Under the pieces are notes generated by a model. It was not told the DNA's origin and did no database searches. It saw only the letters and a list, made by a program, of their open reading frames with translations. From IMG/VR virus record IMGVR_UViG_3300008110_007313: 64,000 nt of DNA. One strand, given 5' to 3'. The translations under genes and the position numbers were made by a program. Positions 18,041 to 27,491 of the stretch are shown here, in pieces. Position 1 is the first letter of the stretch. Each line of letters starts with the position of its first letter. This DNA comes from a virus (lineage: Duplodnaviria; Caudoviricetes).

Positions 18041-19126
18041 TCAATATCTACTGAATAACCATTGCTTCAATGGACCTAGGAAATATTGCCGATCTTGTAT
18101 GTGACGTTGATTGTGCTCTAATACGGGTTGTATTTTTTTGTACAGTTGCGGATGATTTTGATCGAACAACCACCTGACCTGTTCAAATGCCAATTCAAAT
18201 CTAAGAGTATTGTCTTCAATGAGATCATAGCTCTCATCAATGATACCGTCAAAGGTTTTGAACCCTAACTGTCTTAGGTCTTGCAGTTGTCCCTGTGCTC
18301 CAAAAAACACAAAAGGCCGACCTGCATAAAGTGGTTTTGCAGTTTTCTCGCTAAAAAAGAAATAATTTTCAAAATTAGTTTCTGTTACTATGCTGTACAG
18401 AGAACGTCGGTAAACCTCCCAAGGTACCAACTGTGCAACTCCCACACCTTGATTGGTTTTTACATAACCGTTGTACCCTTGATTCATTGTGATTGGTGCT
18501 AGGGTAGCTGTTGGCTCAAGATCATCTAGTTCGGGCGTTCGAAATATAGTCTTTACAATATCGGCTGAATATGCCGCAGTTGTTAGATTAACAAAGCATG
18601 CATTCAACAACATTTGGTGTTGCCCAAGTTTTTCAAAAACAAATCTTCTATGCATTTTCAATCCGCCTAGCAGAACATCAAACGTGCGTTGATGATCGCC
18701 GATGCTGTCAATTTGCTGTGTTTGATTATATCTCAGTATGTTTTGTAAAAAATACGGGTAAACATAGATGTTGTCATGACACGGCGGATATTTTTTATGG
18801 TAACCTCCGCACACAATCAAGATATTGCTGTTGTTGAATTTTTGTTGTAGTTTTTGTAGATATGTGTCTGACTCAGCATCTATGGCTTCTTCATCCAGCA
18901 CAATAACACTATTAAACTTAGACAAATCCAGATCTGGATATCGGTTGTCGGTAAATCTAACAGCACAGATTACCTTTGTGTAGTTTCGAACTTCGACTGG
19001 ATTCAGTTGAAAATTACTCAAGGTGGTATCATACACTGCAAACTTGTCAGAATCAAAAACTTCACCAGGATAATGCTCCAGTGATGTCAATGCATTATCA
19101 ATAGAAACAATGATGTTTTCTTTCAT
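18041..19126 (-). CDS. GT10/fucosyltransferase-like protein (paralog 3)
   Basis: YSIVTET...FFSEKTAKP...PF..FG....L..LGFKTF..IIDESYD. Confidence 0.5.
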   Translation of the reverse strand: MKENIIVSIDNALTSLEHYPGEVFDSDKFAVYDTTLSNFQLNPVEVRNYTKVICAVRFTDNRYPDLDLSKFNSVIVLDEEAIDAESDTYLQKLQQKFNNSNILIVCGGYHKKYPPCHDNIYVYPYFLQNILRYNQTQQIDSIGDHQRTFDVLLGGLKMHRRFVFEKLGQHQMLLNACFVNLTTAAYSADIVKTIFRTPELDDLEPTATLAPITMNQGYNGYVKTNQGVGVAQLVPWEVYRRSLYSIVTETNFENYFFFSEKTAKPLYAGRPFVFFGAQGQLQDLRQLGFKTFDGIIDESYDLIEDNTLRFELAFEQVRWLFDQNHPQLYKKIQPVLEHNQRHIQDRQYFLGPLKQWLFSRY

Positions 19127-19713
19127 CGATCTACTATGGTTATTTCACGTAGATCTGGGTAAGTCACTGGCACAGGTTTGGGTTTGGTTTCTTTGATGCC
19201 TTCTAGTAAAGCAAGGCCTTGTATAGCTTCTTCAGGTGTGGGTTTGTAGTGATAGCCCACATGAAATGTTTTTTGAATTTGCCAAGGTGAGACAGCAAGA
19301 TCACGACCGTCATAACGTTGACGGATTATGGCATCATATGCTCGTGCATCATCTAGCAAGATGGCACCACCACGACCTATGTGCAAGGGCTTGGTATGTC
19401 CAAAACTCAAGCACTGCATGGACCCGGCACGATACATGTTGTGTTCCAGTCTGCGAGCACTGTCCCAGATTCTAGTGCCATGAAACCTATACTCTCCGCA
19501 CCATTCTTCTTCCTTGTAGTAGTACTTGATGCCCAGCTTGTGCATGGTCATGGGGATGCTGAGATAGGTATACGGAGTCATTACAACTTCACGCACACGT
19601 TCATGTCGCAGGCACAGCTCAATGGCATGTGTGCAACAGTCAGTCATGATGGCATAAGGTGCGCCAGTGAACTCTGCCAGCTCTTGCTCAAATTTAAGAA
19701 TTTTATCAAACAT
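19123..19713 (-). CDS. Short DegT/DnrJ/EryC1/StrS-like PLP aminotransferase
   Basis: FEQELAEF.G, CT.A.ELCL, WDSA, LSFGHTKPL..GRGGA. Only 196 aa; start at 19713. Confidence 0.75.
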   Translation of the reverse strand: MFDKILKFEQELAEFTGAPYAIMTDCCTHAIELCLRHERVREVVMTPYTYLSIPMTMHKLGIKYYYKEEEWCGEYRFHGTRIWDSARRLEHNMYRAGSMQCLSFGHTKPLHIGRGGAILLDDARAYDAIIRQRYDGRDLAVSPWQIQKTFHVGYHYKPTPEEAIQGLALLEGIKETKPKPVPVTYPDLREITIVDR

Positions 19714-20650
19714 TGTACCAAGCCCATGCATGACGAATCATGTCATCTAGTTCATGATGTTTCCATTTGCCTGCAACCAATTCAAACTTGGCAGCACTGG
19801 CAGTCAGCACGGGCGGATCACCTGCTCGCTTTTCGCCTAATCGAATCATCACAGCATCGCCAGTGACCTGTTGTGCTGCATCAATAATTTCTCTGTTGCT
19901 GGTGCCTGTGTTGGATCCAAGATTGTATACACCAGCAGTAACCGACTGATCCAATGCCATGACATGTGCTCTAGCAATGTCTTCCACATGCACATAGTCA
20001 CGTACACAGGTTCCGTCAGGAGTGGGATAGTCAATACCGTTGAGCACGAAATCTTTGCTGTCACGAATGCTTTCTAACACTCTAGCAATGATGTGTGTGG
20101 CCCCAGGTTCTTGGCCGTGTCGTGCCCGGCTGTCAGCACCGCAGGCATTGAAATACCTAAACGCCACATAGTCCAGACCATATGCACGATGATAGCTTTC
20201 CAAGATCTGCTCTACCATCAGCTTGCTTTCACCGTAGGGACTGATGGGCTCTCGTGGATCAACTTCGTGGCACGGAGTCATGATAGGCTCACCGTAGACC
20301 GCAGCACTTGAACTAAAAATAAACCGCGTCCGGGGCACGGCTGCCATTATGATGTTCAGCAAGTTCAGTGTTTTGACCACATTGTTGTGGTAGTAGTCGC
20401 TGGGGTTTTTGATACTAGGCCCAACCAAGCTGGTACCAGCGCAATGTACAATAGCATCAGGACGAATATCCAGCAGTCTACGATATGACTCGTCGCTGTC
20501 AAAGTCTGCCTGCACAAAACTCATTGTACCCTGCAGGTGCCGGGGTAAAGGTCTGCGATCAATGCCAGTTACTGAGTGGCCAGCATCTTTGAGTTGTAGA
20601 GCAATTTGTCCGCCAATATAGCCAGCAGCGCCTGTTACCACAACGTTCAT
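19706..20650 (-). CDS. galE: UDP-glucose 4-epimerase
   Basis: VTGAAGYIG, FSSSAAVYG, YGESK, FRYFNACGAD, DGTCVRDYVHVED.A.AH. Confidence 0.92.
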   Translation of the reverse strand: MNVVVTGAAGYIGGQIALQLKDAGHSVTGIDRRPLPRHLQGTMSFVQADFDSDESYRRLLDIRPDAIVHCAGTSLVGPSIKNPSDYYHNNVVKTLNLLNIIMAAVPRTRFIFSSSAAVYGEPIMTPCHEVDPREPISPYGESKLMVEQILESYHRAYGLDYVAFRYFNACGADSRARHGQEPGATHIIARVLESIRDSKDFVLNGIDYPTPDGTCVRDYVHVEDIARAHVMALDQSVTAGVYNLGSNTGTSNREIIDAAQQVTGDAVMIRLGEKRAGDPPVLTASAAKFELVAGKWKHHELDDMIRHAWAWYNV

Positions 20651-21861
20651 GATTCAATCTTTACAACTTGATATTTTTCGTGAGCAGCGTGATCACGATA
20701 ACGATTGCCTGCTCGATTCCATTGCTCACCTTGACCAAGAATGATATCAACCACACGATCAACTGTGCCGTTGTTCCAGTCTGAGATCAGACCCATGTTG
20801 TGATGCGGTTCTTGCAAAAGATTTTGCATCTTGTGATAAGCGTCATCTATACTCCAAGGTACATATAATCGATTAGGATCATTTGCAAAAGTTTCAGGAA
20901 AACTACGATATGCAGGATAAAGAACGTTACACCCCAGGGTGTCGGCTTCGGATACAGTGTTAGATACCCAGTCTTGAAGAGCACAATTAAAGAGAACACG
21001 AGTATCATTAAGATGGGCGTAGTAATCATTTTTGCTTATGTTGTCGTAGATTTTGAGCTTGCCTTCTGCCTCCATACGGCGGGCACGTTCAACATACGCT
21101 GGATTGTTGGATCGTAGAGGTCCGCCACTGTAAATTGCAAACTCACACGGTTCGCTGGTGAGCTCACCATACATTTCAATAAGATCCATAAAGAAGCCAG
21201 GTTGCTTTTCTTGGTCGAACCTAGCTGCGAAACCCACCCTCCGCGGACGGCTATCAAACACCTTGATGTTTTCTGCACCGCCAATGCGTTCAAGAACTTC
21301 TGCTTTTCCAAATGCAAGGCCGGAAATGTTGTAGATCGGAGCAGTCCATCCAGCAATACGCATGTGGGCGACCATTTCCTCATTGGTAGCCAGTACTGCA
21401 CCCCCCGAGAAAGCCACCATTTCATTGACCATTTGTTCATATAAATTCATCCAGCGAGCCATGCCCCAAACATGCACAAAGTCATCGGGGTCGATGGCCT
21501 GTGCTAGACAGCGTACAAAGATACGTGGACATTGTTCTCGGGGGATTTGATTCATAATGTAACCGAGACTCTCGATGCCGGGTTGAAACATGTCTTCAAA
21601 GTAGATAACATCCGCACTAGTAACTTCTCCGTTTTTCATCAGTTGAACCAAATTCATCATCTGGCTCATGCTAAAATAACTGCGTCCGTGTGCGTCTAGC
21701 ACTTGGCCTACAGAAATAGCTTGGCTATTATCAATGGTTGTTCCGGGAACATACACAACGTCTAGACCTCGGCGGTCAAACACACGTCGGTTCCACTCTG
21801 TGAGCTGTAGTGTATAGCGGGCTTCGTAGCTCTCTAGGCCCATGTAAAACAGCTTTCTCAT
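20647..21861 (-). CDS. GT-B-fold glycosyltransferase
   Basis: FAARFDQEKQPGFF, QDWVSNTVSEA..LGC..LYP..RSFPE; start at 21861 (MRKLFYMG) with ATGA coupling. Confidence 0.7.
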   Translation of the reverse strand: MRKLFYMGLESYEARYTLQLTEWNRRVFDRRGLDVVYVPGTTIDNSQAISVGQVLDAHGRSYFSMSQMMNLVQLMKNGEVTSADVIYFEDMFQPGIESLGYIMNQIPREQCPRIFVRCLAQAIDPDDFVHVWGMARWMNLYEQMVNEMVAFSGGAVLATNEEMVAHMRIAGWTAPIYNISGLAFGKAEVLERIGGAENIKVFDSRPRRVGFAARFDQEKQPGFFMDLIEMYGELTSEPCEFAIYSGGPLRSNNPAYVERARRMEAEGKLKIYDNISKNDYYAHLNDTRVLFNCALQDWVSNTVSEADTLGCNVLYPAYRSFPETFANDPNRLYVPWSIDDAYHKMQNLLQEPHHNMGLISDWNNGTVDRVVDIILGQGEQWNRAGNRYRDHAAHEKYQVVKIES

Positions 21862-22085
21862 GCTGGACGATATCCTGCAAAGCGTCGAGTGTCCTCGTCC
21901 CACATGTTCTTGGCATTCTTGCCTTGAGCATATTTTGAGTACTGTTGCCAGGCATAACTCTTGAAGTTATACAGGTCCGCTTCGTTGAAACGGTATCCGT
22001 AGTCTACACAAAACTCTTGCAGTTTCTCAAGGTCTTCGAAGATCTCGCGAACACGAGCGTTGGGTTTGATTGTGATTTTTGCCAT
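21858..22085 (-). CDS. Hypothetical protein
   Basis: 75-aa ORF between the T-fold gene and the GT gene. Confidence 0.7.
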   Translation of the reverse strand: MAKITIKPNARVREIFEDLEKLQEFCVDYGYRFNEADLYNFKSYAWQQYSKYAQGKNAKNMWDEDTRRFAGYRPA

Positions 22086-22098
22086 GATAAAATAATCC

Positions 22099-22551
22099 TT
22101 AAATGGCTAGTTGTTGAACAGGTCGGTGAGTATTATATTTAATGAGTGCGCCGTTTTCACCATCTTCGGCAACCTCAATCCAGACCGCACGGCCAGGATA
22201 CTTTGCAGCGATCTGGTCATACAGATCGTCTGACATCATTTCACAGCTTTTGTAATCAAGCTGTAGGATACTGTCTCGGTAGAGATTTTCAAGCCATCGT
22301 TTGAACTGAATGAACTCAATGTCTCGGTCGTTGTGTAAGACATCAATCCATACACGGAAATGAAAAATATGACGATGAGGGACACCAAGGAAACTAACGT
22401 CATATTCATCGCCTGTGGCCAGTGCAGGGTCGGTTGCTGCGGCTGGATAGCGATGAATACCTTCCTTACAAAACGTAACCCAAATTTTACGTTTTGCATG
22501 TTGTTTGATTCTTTCGCGAGATTCGATTTGTGCTTGTTGGTGTTGATTCAT
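22099..22551 (-). CDS. Second QueD-like T-fold protein with an LxxxHRHxF motif (candidate CDG decarboxylase, DpdL-like)
   Basis: EGIHRYP...LGVPHRHIFHFRV...EFIQFKRWL...SCE parallels the PTPS H...HxH...DF..LK layout but lacks the QueD catalytic Cys. Confidence 0.6.
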   Translation of the reverse strand: MNQHQQAQIESRERIKQHAKRKIWVTFCKEGIHRYPAAATDPALATGDEYDVSFLGVPHRHIFHFRVWIDVLHNDRDIEFIQFKRWLENLYRDSILQLDYKSCEMMSDDLYDQIAAKYPGRAVWIEVAEDGENGALIKYNTHRPVQQLAI

Positions 22552-22572
22552 AGTGTTATAATAGCAAGTTAG

Positions 22573-23697
22573 TTAACGATTGTCAATGTAAGAATATACA
22601 TCTGGAAAAATTAGTCGGCTATCTAGTCCCCGACGTTGATCTAATTGTTGAATAAAATCCAAGAACACCTGTGGACCGACTGATTGCTTGGTCTGTTCAA
22701 GATTTCGAACAAGTCCTTGGATACCACTTAGACTCGAGTACTTAGGCTGTTGCGCACAGTCTAGTATTTTTTCTACAAAGTCTTGTCCTATCACTCTAGG
22801 GTCAAGTTCTAGTTGTGGTTTAGTGCCTTGATAGTACAAGTTAACCGAGCACTGTCCTGGCGCATATCCACGTTCCAAGATCCAGTCTACAAAGTTCCAC
22901 ATGCTCAATCCGTTTAATGCACACAACACACAGTTGAATCCAATTTGGTGTCGATCAAAGTCTTGTTCAATCTGTGTAAGATTTTCCACAAATTCAGACC
23001 AGTGGCCTCCATGTCTAATATAGTCAAATCTATTTCCCACGTCCTCGGCGCTGACAATCCAGAAAGTATTGCGAAACTTTTGCAGTTGTTGATACACTGC
23101 ATTAGTTGGCCGAGCATGACTGATATTGCTGTTTACGAAAATTCTTACCGTGGGTTTAACCTTGTAGAGTTCTTCCAGCAGTTCTGCATTTTCTTTCATC
23201 AGCAGAGGTTCGCCGCCAGCAAGATACACATGGTCAACATGATCTAGATTGCTCAAAATGTATTCTTTGAGCTTGGTCACTTGTTCAGAGTCCATGCGCT
23301 GATGAATGCCGAGTTCGGCTGCCCAGCTAGAACTAACAACATGCCCGCAGTATACACAAGCAAAATTGCAGGTGTTATGCCAACGTAGATCAAGATATTG
23401 AATTTGAAATTTGTTTACACTGTCGAATTTATCAGCAGTTTCGGGTCGGTAGTAGTCGTGTAAAAATCCATCTCGCATGGAATGCTGACTATCAGGCCAG
23501 CACTGTCTGCAAGAGTCAACTAGATTGCCTTCCAACATCTGCTGTTTAATCCAGATGTTTTTGTTGCCGTTGAACACATTAGAAATGTCATCGTCAACGG
23601 TGCCGATGTCTTCGCTGGCTACACAACAGTTGCGAATAGATCCAGTGGGATCTACATAGATAGAGTTCCATGCCGCAGGACAAAATGACTGGTTCAT
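22573..23697 (-). CDS. Radical SAM protein with an N-terminal SPASM/Twitch-like Cys cluster (paralog 1)
   Basis: FCPAAW...NCC...CRQC, CNFACVYC, AGGEPLL. Confidence 0.85.
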   Translation of the reverse strand: MNQSFCPAAWNSIYVDPTGSIRNCCVASEDIGTVDDDISNVFNGNKNIWIKQQMLEGNLVDSCRQCWPDSQHSMRDGFLHDYYRPETADKFDSVNKFQIQYLDLRWHNTCNFACVYCGHVVSSSWAAELGIHQRMDSEQVTKLKEYILSNLDHVDHVYLAGGEPLLMKENAELLEELYKVKPTVRIFVNSNISHARPTNAVYQQLQKFRNTFWIVSAEDVGNRFDYIRHGGHWSEFVENLTQIEQDFDRHQIGFNCVLCALNGLSMWNFVDWILERGYAPGQCSVNLYYQGTKPQLELDPRVIGQDFVEKILDCAQQPKYSSLSGIQGLVRNLEQTKQSVGPQVFLDFIQQLDQRRGLDSRLIFPDVYSYIDNR

Positions 23698-24212
23698 GCT
23701 ACGCTATCGTTGGTATACTTAGACCAGTCAGTAAATTTATTACGATTCATTAGCGTATGTAGGCTGTGACACCACACTCCAGGATTGGTAGCATCAAAGT
23801 CCTTGTCATCAATCTTTACTGTGGCATTGTAGTTCAGCAAGCGAACATATGGCATCTTGACCGAAATCATAGGAATGAAGTTGTTGTATTCGCAGAGACT
23901 ACTTTCAGCTAGTCCCTCTACAGATTTTACATCAATGTCTAAAGTGCAAAGATATCCTTTTTCAAGAAAAGGCACAATCATGTCTGTCCATGATTTCCAT
24001 GTAGCAAAGTCGTTGACTTCAGGATTTGGAAAACTCATGTTAGCACCAAAATAGATATGTTCAACTCCGCTGGGATTTCGATCAAAGTGGTGTGCAATCT
24101 CATTCACAGGTTGTATGCCAACTACAAATAGTGTTTGTTTTCCAAACGCTGGAGTATGTTCTACTTCAGTTCCGGTAAAGAACTCAACGTTGTTGTGACC
24201 TTCTCTATTCAT
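23694..24212 (-). CDS. Hypothetical protein coupled to dpdA
   Basis: 172 aa, ATGA overlap with the dpdA stop. Confidence 0.75.
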   Translation of the reverse strand: MNREGHNNVEFFTGTEVEHTPAFGKQTLFVVGIQPVNEIAHHFDRNPSGVEHIYFGANMSFPNPEVNDFATWKSWTDMIVPFLEKGYLCTLDIDVKSVEGLAESSLCEYNNFIPMISVKMPYVRLLNYNATVKIDDKDFDATNPGVWCHSLHTLMNRNKFTDWSKYTNDSVA

Positions 24213-25783
24213 TGCTGTTCCTGTTCAAGTTGATCCAATGCTGCGGTATCTAATTGTACATTATCATCTAAATCACTGTCAACTTCTGGTTCGTCAAAAC
24301 TAAACAGTGCGTTGAATTGTGTACGGGCATTCATAGTTTTCTTGCCTTTGAATCCTCGTGTGCCCACAATCTCCATCCAATAGCTTGAATATGTTTCGAT
24401 AATAGCTTCGGCTGTGGCACGATCTGGTGCCGCAAAGATCGCTTCCACAATGTCTTCAAACTTGGCATAGTCTCCACCCGACCTACGCATCATAGCAGGA
24501 TGTTCGCCAGCATCAAAGCGTCGATTGGCTTCTTGTACCGCAGTCAAGTGCATCCAAACATTGTGTCCCATGAGCAATGCATATGAGAAACTATCCCATG
24601 AAGTCTTGCCTTCCTTGCCAATCTTGTTTAGATCGCCGGGTTTGTAGATGCAGATATCCTTCATCTTAAACAAGTCGCTTAACGGACTGTCTTCCCAGCG
24701 TGGATAGATACCGTCAGCAACTACGCCTGTTGACCACTTTCGTGTGTCTGTGGCGTATTTTTTGTCATCGGCTGAAGGAGCCATGCGATACGACCATTTC
24801 GAGTCGTGCTCGAAGACATTTTCAAAATAGACTTGTCCATTTGCTGTTGCAAGGAACGGGCTGGCGCAGTCAAACGAGATAGTGAACGACGGGTTGACAT
24901 ATTTTCTTACGGCTCTCTGAATTACAGTTAATAAAACGGCCCACTCCAACTTGGAGGTTCCCAAGAAGTGCATCCAATCATGCACACCTTCTTGTAGTAG
25001 ATTATCATAACGCAATGCTACCAGGCGCTTTAGCACCAGGTGTACATCACACATGTTCTGACCACCCATTGACCAGCCATCAAAGTGTGTGTCTGGATAC
25101 TTCACAGGATCGCAGTATTCCTTCATGGTTTCATACCATGTATCGGCACTGGTATGATTGTCGCCTTGTAACACGTTCAAGAAACGAGCACCACCATTCT
25201 TCACACCTCGACGATGACGCATGAAGTATTCGTTATTGAACTTGGTAGCATCCACAGCTTCTTGCAGTGTGGTAATCTGACAGGCTGCACTGGCTTTCTT
25301 GTCATGAATAACCCAGGTAGGAATATCCAAGATCATGCCGTAGTCAGCAACTGTATCTAACCAGTTCAGGATCAGTTCACGCTTCTTTTGTGCCTTAGCA
25401 CAACCTGAGTTGGCTTTCCAGTCGCCTTCCCACAGGCCCTTGGCAATCTGGAATCCACCTGAGTCACCTAGTATAAATGTGCCTGATTCTCGATTGCGAA
25501 CCATGTCCTCTGACCAGTCCTGCTTGTTCAAGTCCAAGTTAGCGTGTCCACCAGAATACAGACTCCAACGATAGGGAAACAAGGCCTTTTGACTGTTGAG
25601 CCAGTTCATTTGTTCCATGTCCTTGAATCCTGTTGGGAATCTAGCAGGATCTACATATGGACCATTCACTGGATCGCGTTGCTTGCCTACGAATGTAGCA
25701 TAGAAGCCAGAGATAGCTGGCAAGAACACAGCATAGTCTGACTGCTTGGCAGTTAAGTTGTCTTGAACTACAGGCTCAGTCAT
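24209..25783 (-). CDS. dpdA: TGT-fold deazaguanine transglycosylase (DpdA-like)
   Basis: ILGDSGGFQ, MILDIP, NVLQG, DGWSMGG, HFLGTS, SFDCASP; sits with folE/queD/queE and the replication genes. Confidence 0.8.
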   Translation of the reverse strand: MTEPVVQDNLTAKQSDYAVFLPAISGFYATFVGKQRDPVNGPYVDPARFPTGFKDMEQMNWLNSQKALFPYRWSLYSGGHANLDLNKQDWSEDMVRNRESGTFILGDSGGFQIAKGLWEGDWKANSGCAKAQKKRELILNWLDTVADYGMILDIPTWVIHDKKASAACQITTLQEAVDATKFNNEYFMRHRRGVKNGGARFLNVLQGDNHTSADTWYETMKEYCDPVKYPDTHFDGWSMGGQNMCDVHLVLKRLVALRYDNLLQEGVHDWMHFLGTSKLEWAVLLTVIQRAVRKYVNPSFTISFDCASPFLATANGQVYFENVFEHDSKWSYRMAPSADDKKYATDTRKWSTGVVADGIYPRWEDSPLSDLFKMKDICIYKPGDLNKIGKEGKTSWDSFSYALLMGHNVWMHLTAVQEANRRFDAGEHPAMMRRSGGDYAKFEDIVEAIFAAPDRATAEAIIETYSSYWMEIVGTRGFKGKKTMNARTQFNALFSFDEPEVDSDLDDNVQLDTAALDQLEQEQQ

Positions 25784-26505
25784 TATTTGCTTTGTGCAGG
25801 AAGAATGTAGTTGTAAACAGCCAATCCACTGTCCACAGTGATCTGTGCAGCACCTGAATCACTGATCTTCATGGTCTTGTTACCGCTGAGACTCAAGATA
25901 TTAGCAATTTGAATAGCAGGATAACTCCAAGCACGTTTGAGTTGTCCGCTAACATCGTGTTGAAATACAAAGTTGCCAGCATGGCTTGAATGATCACCAA
26001 AGTAAAACTTGAGATCGTTGTCTTCGGTCTTGACTTGAAAATTAGGCTCTTCTGCATTGGCGCTCATCTGCATCTTGAGGCGCATGATACTGGCCACTGT
26101 GGGTTCAAATTCAATGTTCCAGGGCACCTGACTCATTTTAGCTGTTTTGAGTTTGTCGCTGACAATCTCTGAAGCCATGAAACGATAGTTGTTTTTAAAG
26201 TCGCCAGTTTTGTTTTCAAAATTGATACCATCGGGCGATCCGTCAGCCTTGCGGGTAATAGCAAGTTTGGCATTTTCTGCGTACTCGGGCAATTTGAGCA
26301 AGGTCTTGAGTTTGTTCAAGTTAGGCATACCAAACGTGCCTACAAAGTCGGGCACAGGATTGGCAAACTGCCCTTTGATTACTACGCTAAGGTCACTGGC
26401 AAGGCCTTCAATCTGTGTAGTGTTTTCGTCGCCCACAATCTTGATCAGGTCAATGCAACCAAGATCAAAAGTGTGTTCTACCAAGTCAAGTAAGTTATCT
26501 CTCAT
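25783..26505 (-). CDS. Probable DNA polymerase sliding clamp (gp45-like)
   Basis: 240-aa beta-rich protein two genes downstream of polB; Y.Y..PA C-terminus. Positional plus weak motif evidence. Confidence 0.5.
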   Translation of the reverse strand: MRDNLLDLVEHTFDLGCIDLIKIVGDENTTQIEGLASDLSVVIKGQFANPVPDFVGTFGMPNLNKLKTLLKLPEYAENAKLAITRKADGSPDGINFENKTGDFKNNYRFMASEIVSDKLKTAKMSQVPWNIEFEPTVASIMRLKMQMSANAEEPNFQVKTEDNDLKFYFGDHSSHAGNFVFQHDVSGQLKRAWSYPAIQIANILSLSGNKTMKISDSGAAQITVDSGLAVYNYILPAQSK

Positions 26506-26555
26506 AATGTTCTCCTAAGTGTTTAAGTTTACAGGGTTTATTTAGAAAATGCAAG

Positions 26556-27491
26556 TCATTTGCGAACAATTTGTGCTAGAGTTTGTCCACCTCGCAAACT
26601 AGTAATTTGTCCAGGTTTGCGAAACTCTAACCAAGCTAGGTCCCCTTTTCCGATATAGTGATAGATCAAATCAAACCCTATGTCTTCGGCGTGGTTCTTG
26701 ATTCTATGGCCCGGGGTGTAGCACATAAAATTTTTTTCAAATAACTCAACTCCATGGGCTTGATCACAGTCGTTGTAGGTAAACAACAAGACTCCGCCAG
26801 GCCTTAGGCACTCATAGAGTTCTTTGAGATAGCGTTCAATCAATTCAATGGGTCGATAGTTGAAAAAATTATATGAAAAAATGCAACCAAACTGTTGTTG
26901 CGGTAGTTCATTGAGCATGGTATAGCGTGACTCGTCAATCTGGTAGCAACGTAATCTCGCACGATACTGCTCGTTGAACTTGTTAACAGCCGGCAACATC
27001 AAGTCTTGATTGACATCCAAAACATACAACGGATCCAAGGGCACCATGTCTTCGATGAAGGATTCGTGTCCGGGATGTATAATCATCCCGGGAGTGCGCC
27101 AGTCAGTGTAGTTTCTCAATCGACTGCGTAGAATCATGTTGCTTTCGTCGTCGATTCCCAGTCTGCGATTTAACACATGTTCGTCGGTGTCATACTGCAT
27201 GGCAGTTTGGTATAATTTGGTGCTGTTTTTGTAATAGTCTTTTTCTTGGTTACGTACGGTTTGTGCCAGCTCATCTTTTAAATTTTTAAACACCTGTTGA
27301 TATTGATGCAAAGCTTCGATCACAGTGTCGTGTCGTTTTTGAATACGTGCTTTGTAAAATCCAATGTTGGTGTCGTGTGCAGAAACTACATAATTTATAG
27401 CCGACAGGTTGTGCTGAGCCTGGCCACTAACTTCTGAAAAGTCAATGGCTTCAAGTTCATTAAGATATCTAACTATGTTGCTCAGGCTCAT
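26556..27491 (-). CDS. Protein with a C-terminal class I methyltransferase-like domain and an N-terminal helical region
   Basis: CIFSYNFFNY...LKELYECLRPGGVLLFTY. Confidence 0.6.
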   Translation of the reverse strand: MSLSNIVRYLNELEAIDFSEVSGQAQHNLSAINYVVSAHDTNIGFYKARIQKRHDTVIEALHQYQQVFKNLKDELAQTVRNQEKDYYKNSTKLYQTAMQYDTDEHVLNRRLGIDDESNMILRSRLRNYTDWRTPGMIIHPGHESFIEDMVPLDPLYVLDVNQDLMLPAVNKFNEQYRARLRCYQIDESRYTMLNELPQQQFGCIFSYNFFNYRPIELIERYLKELYECLRPGGVLLFTYNDCDQAHGVELFEKNFMCYTPGHRIKNHAEDIGFDLIYHYIGKGDLAWLEFRKPGQITSLRGGQTLAQIVRK

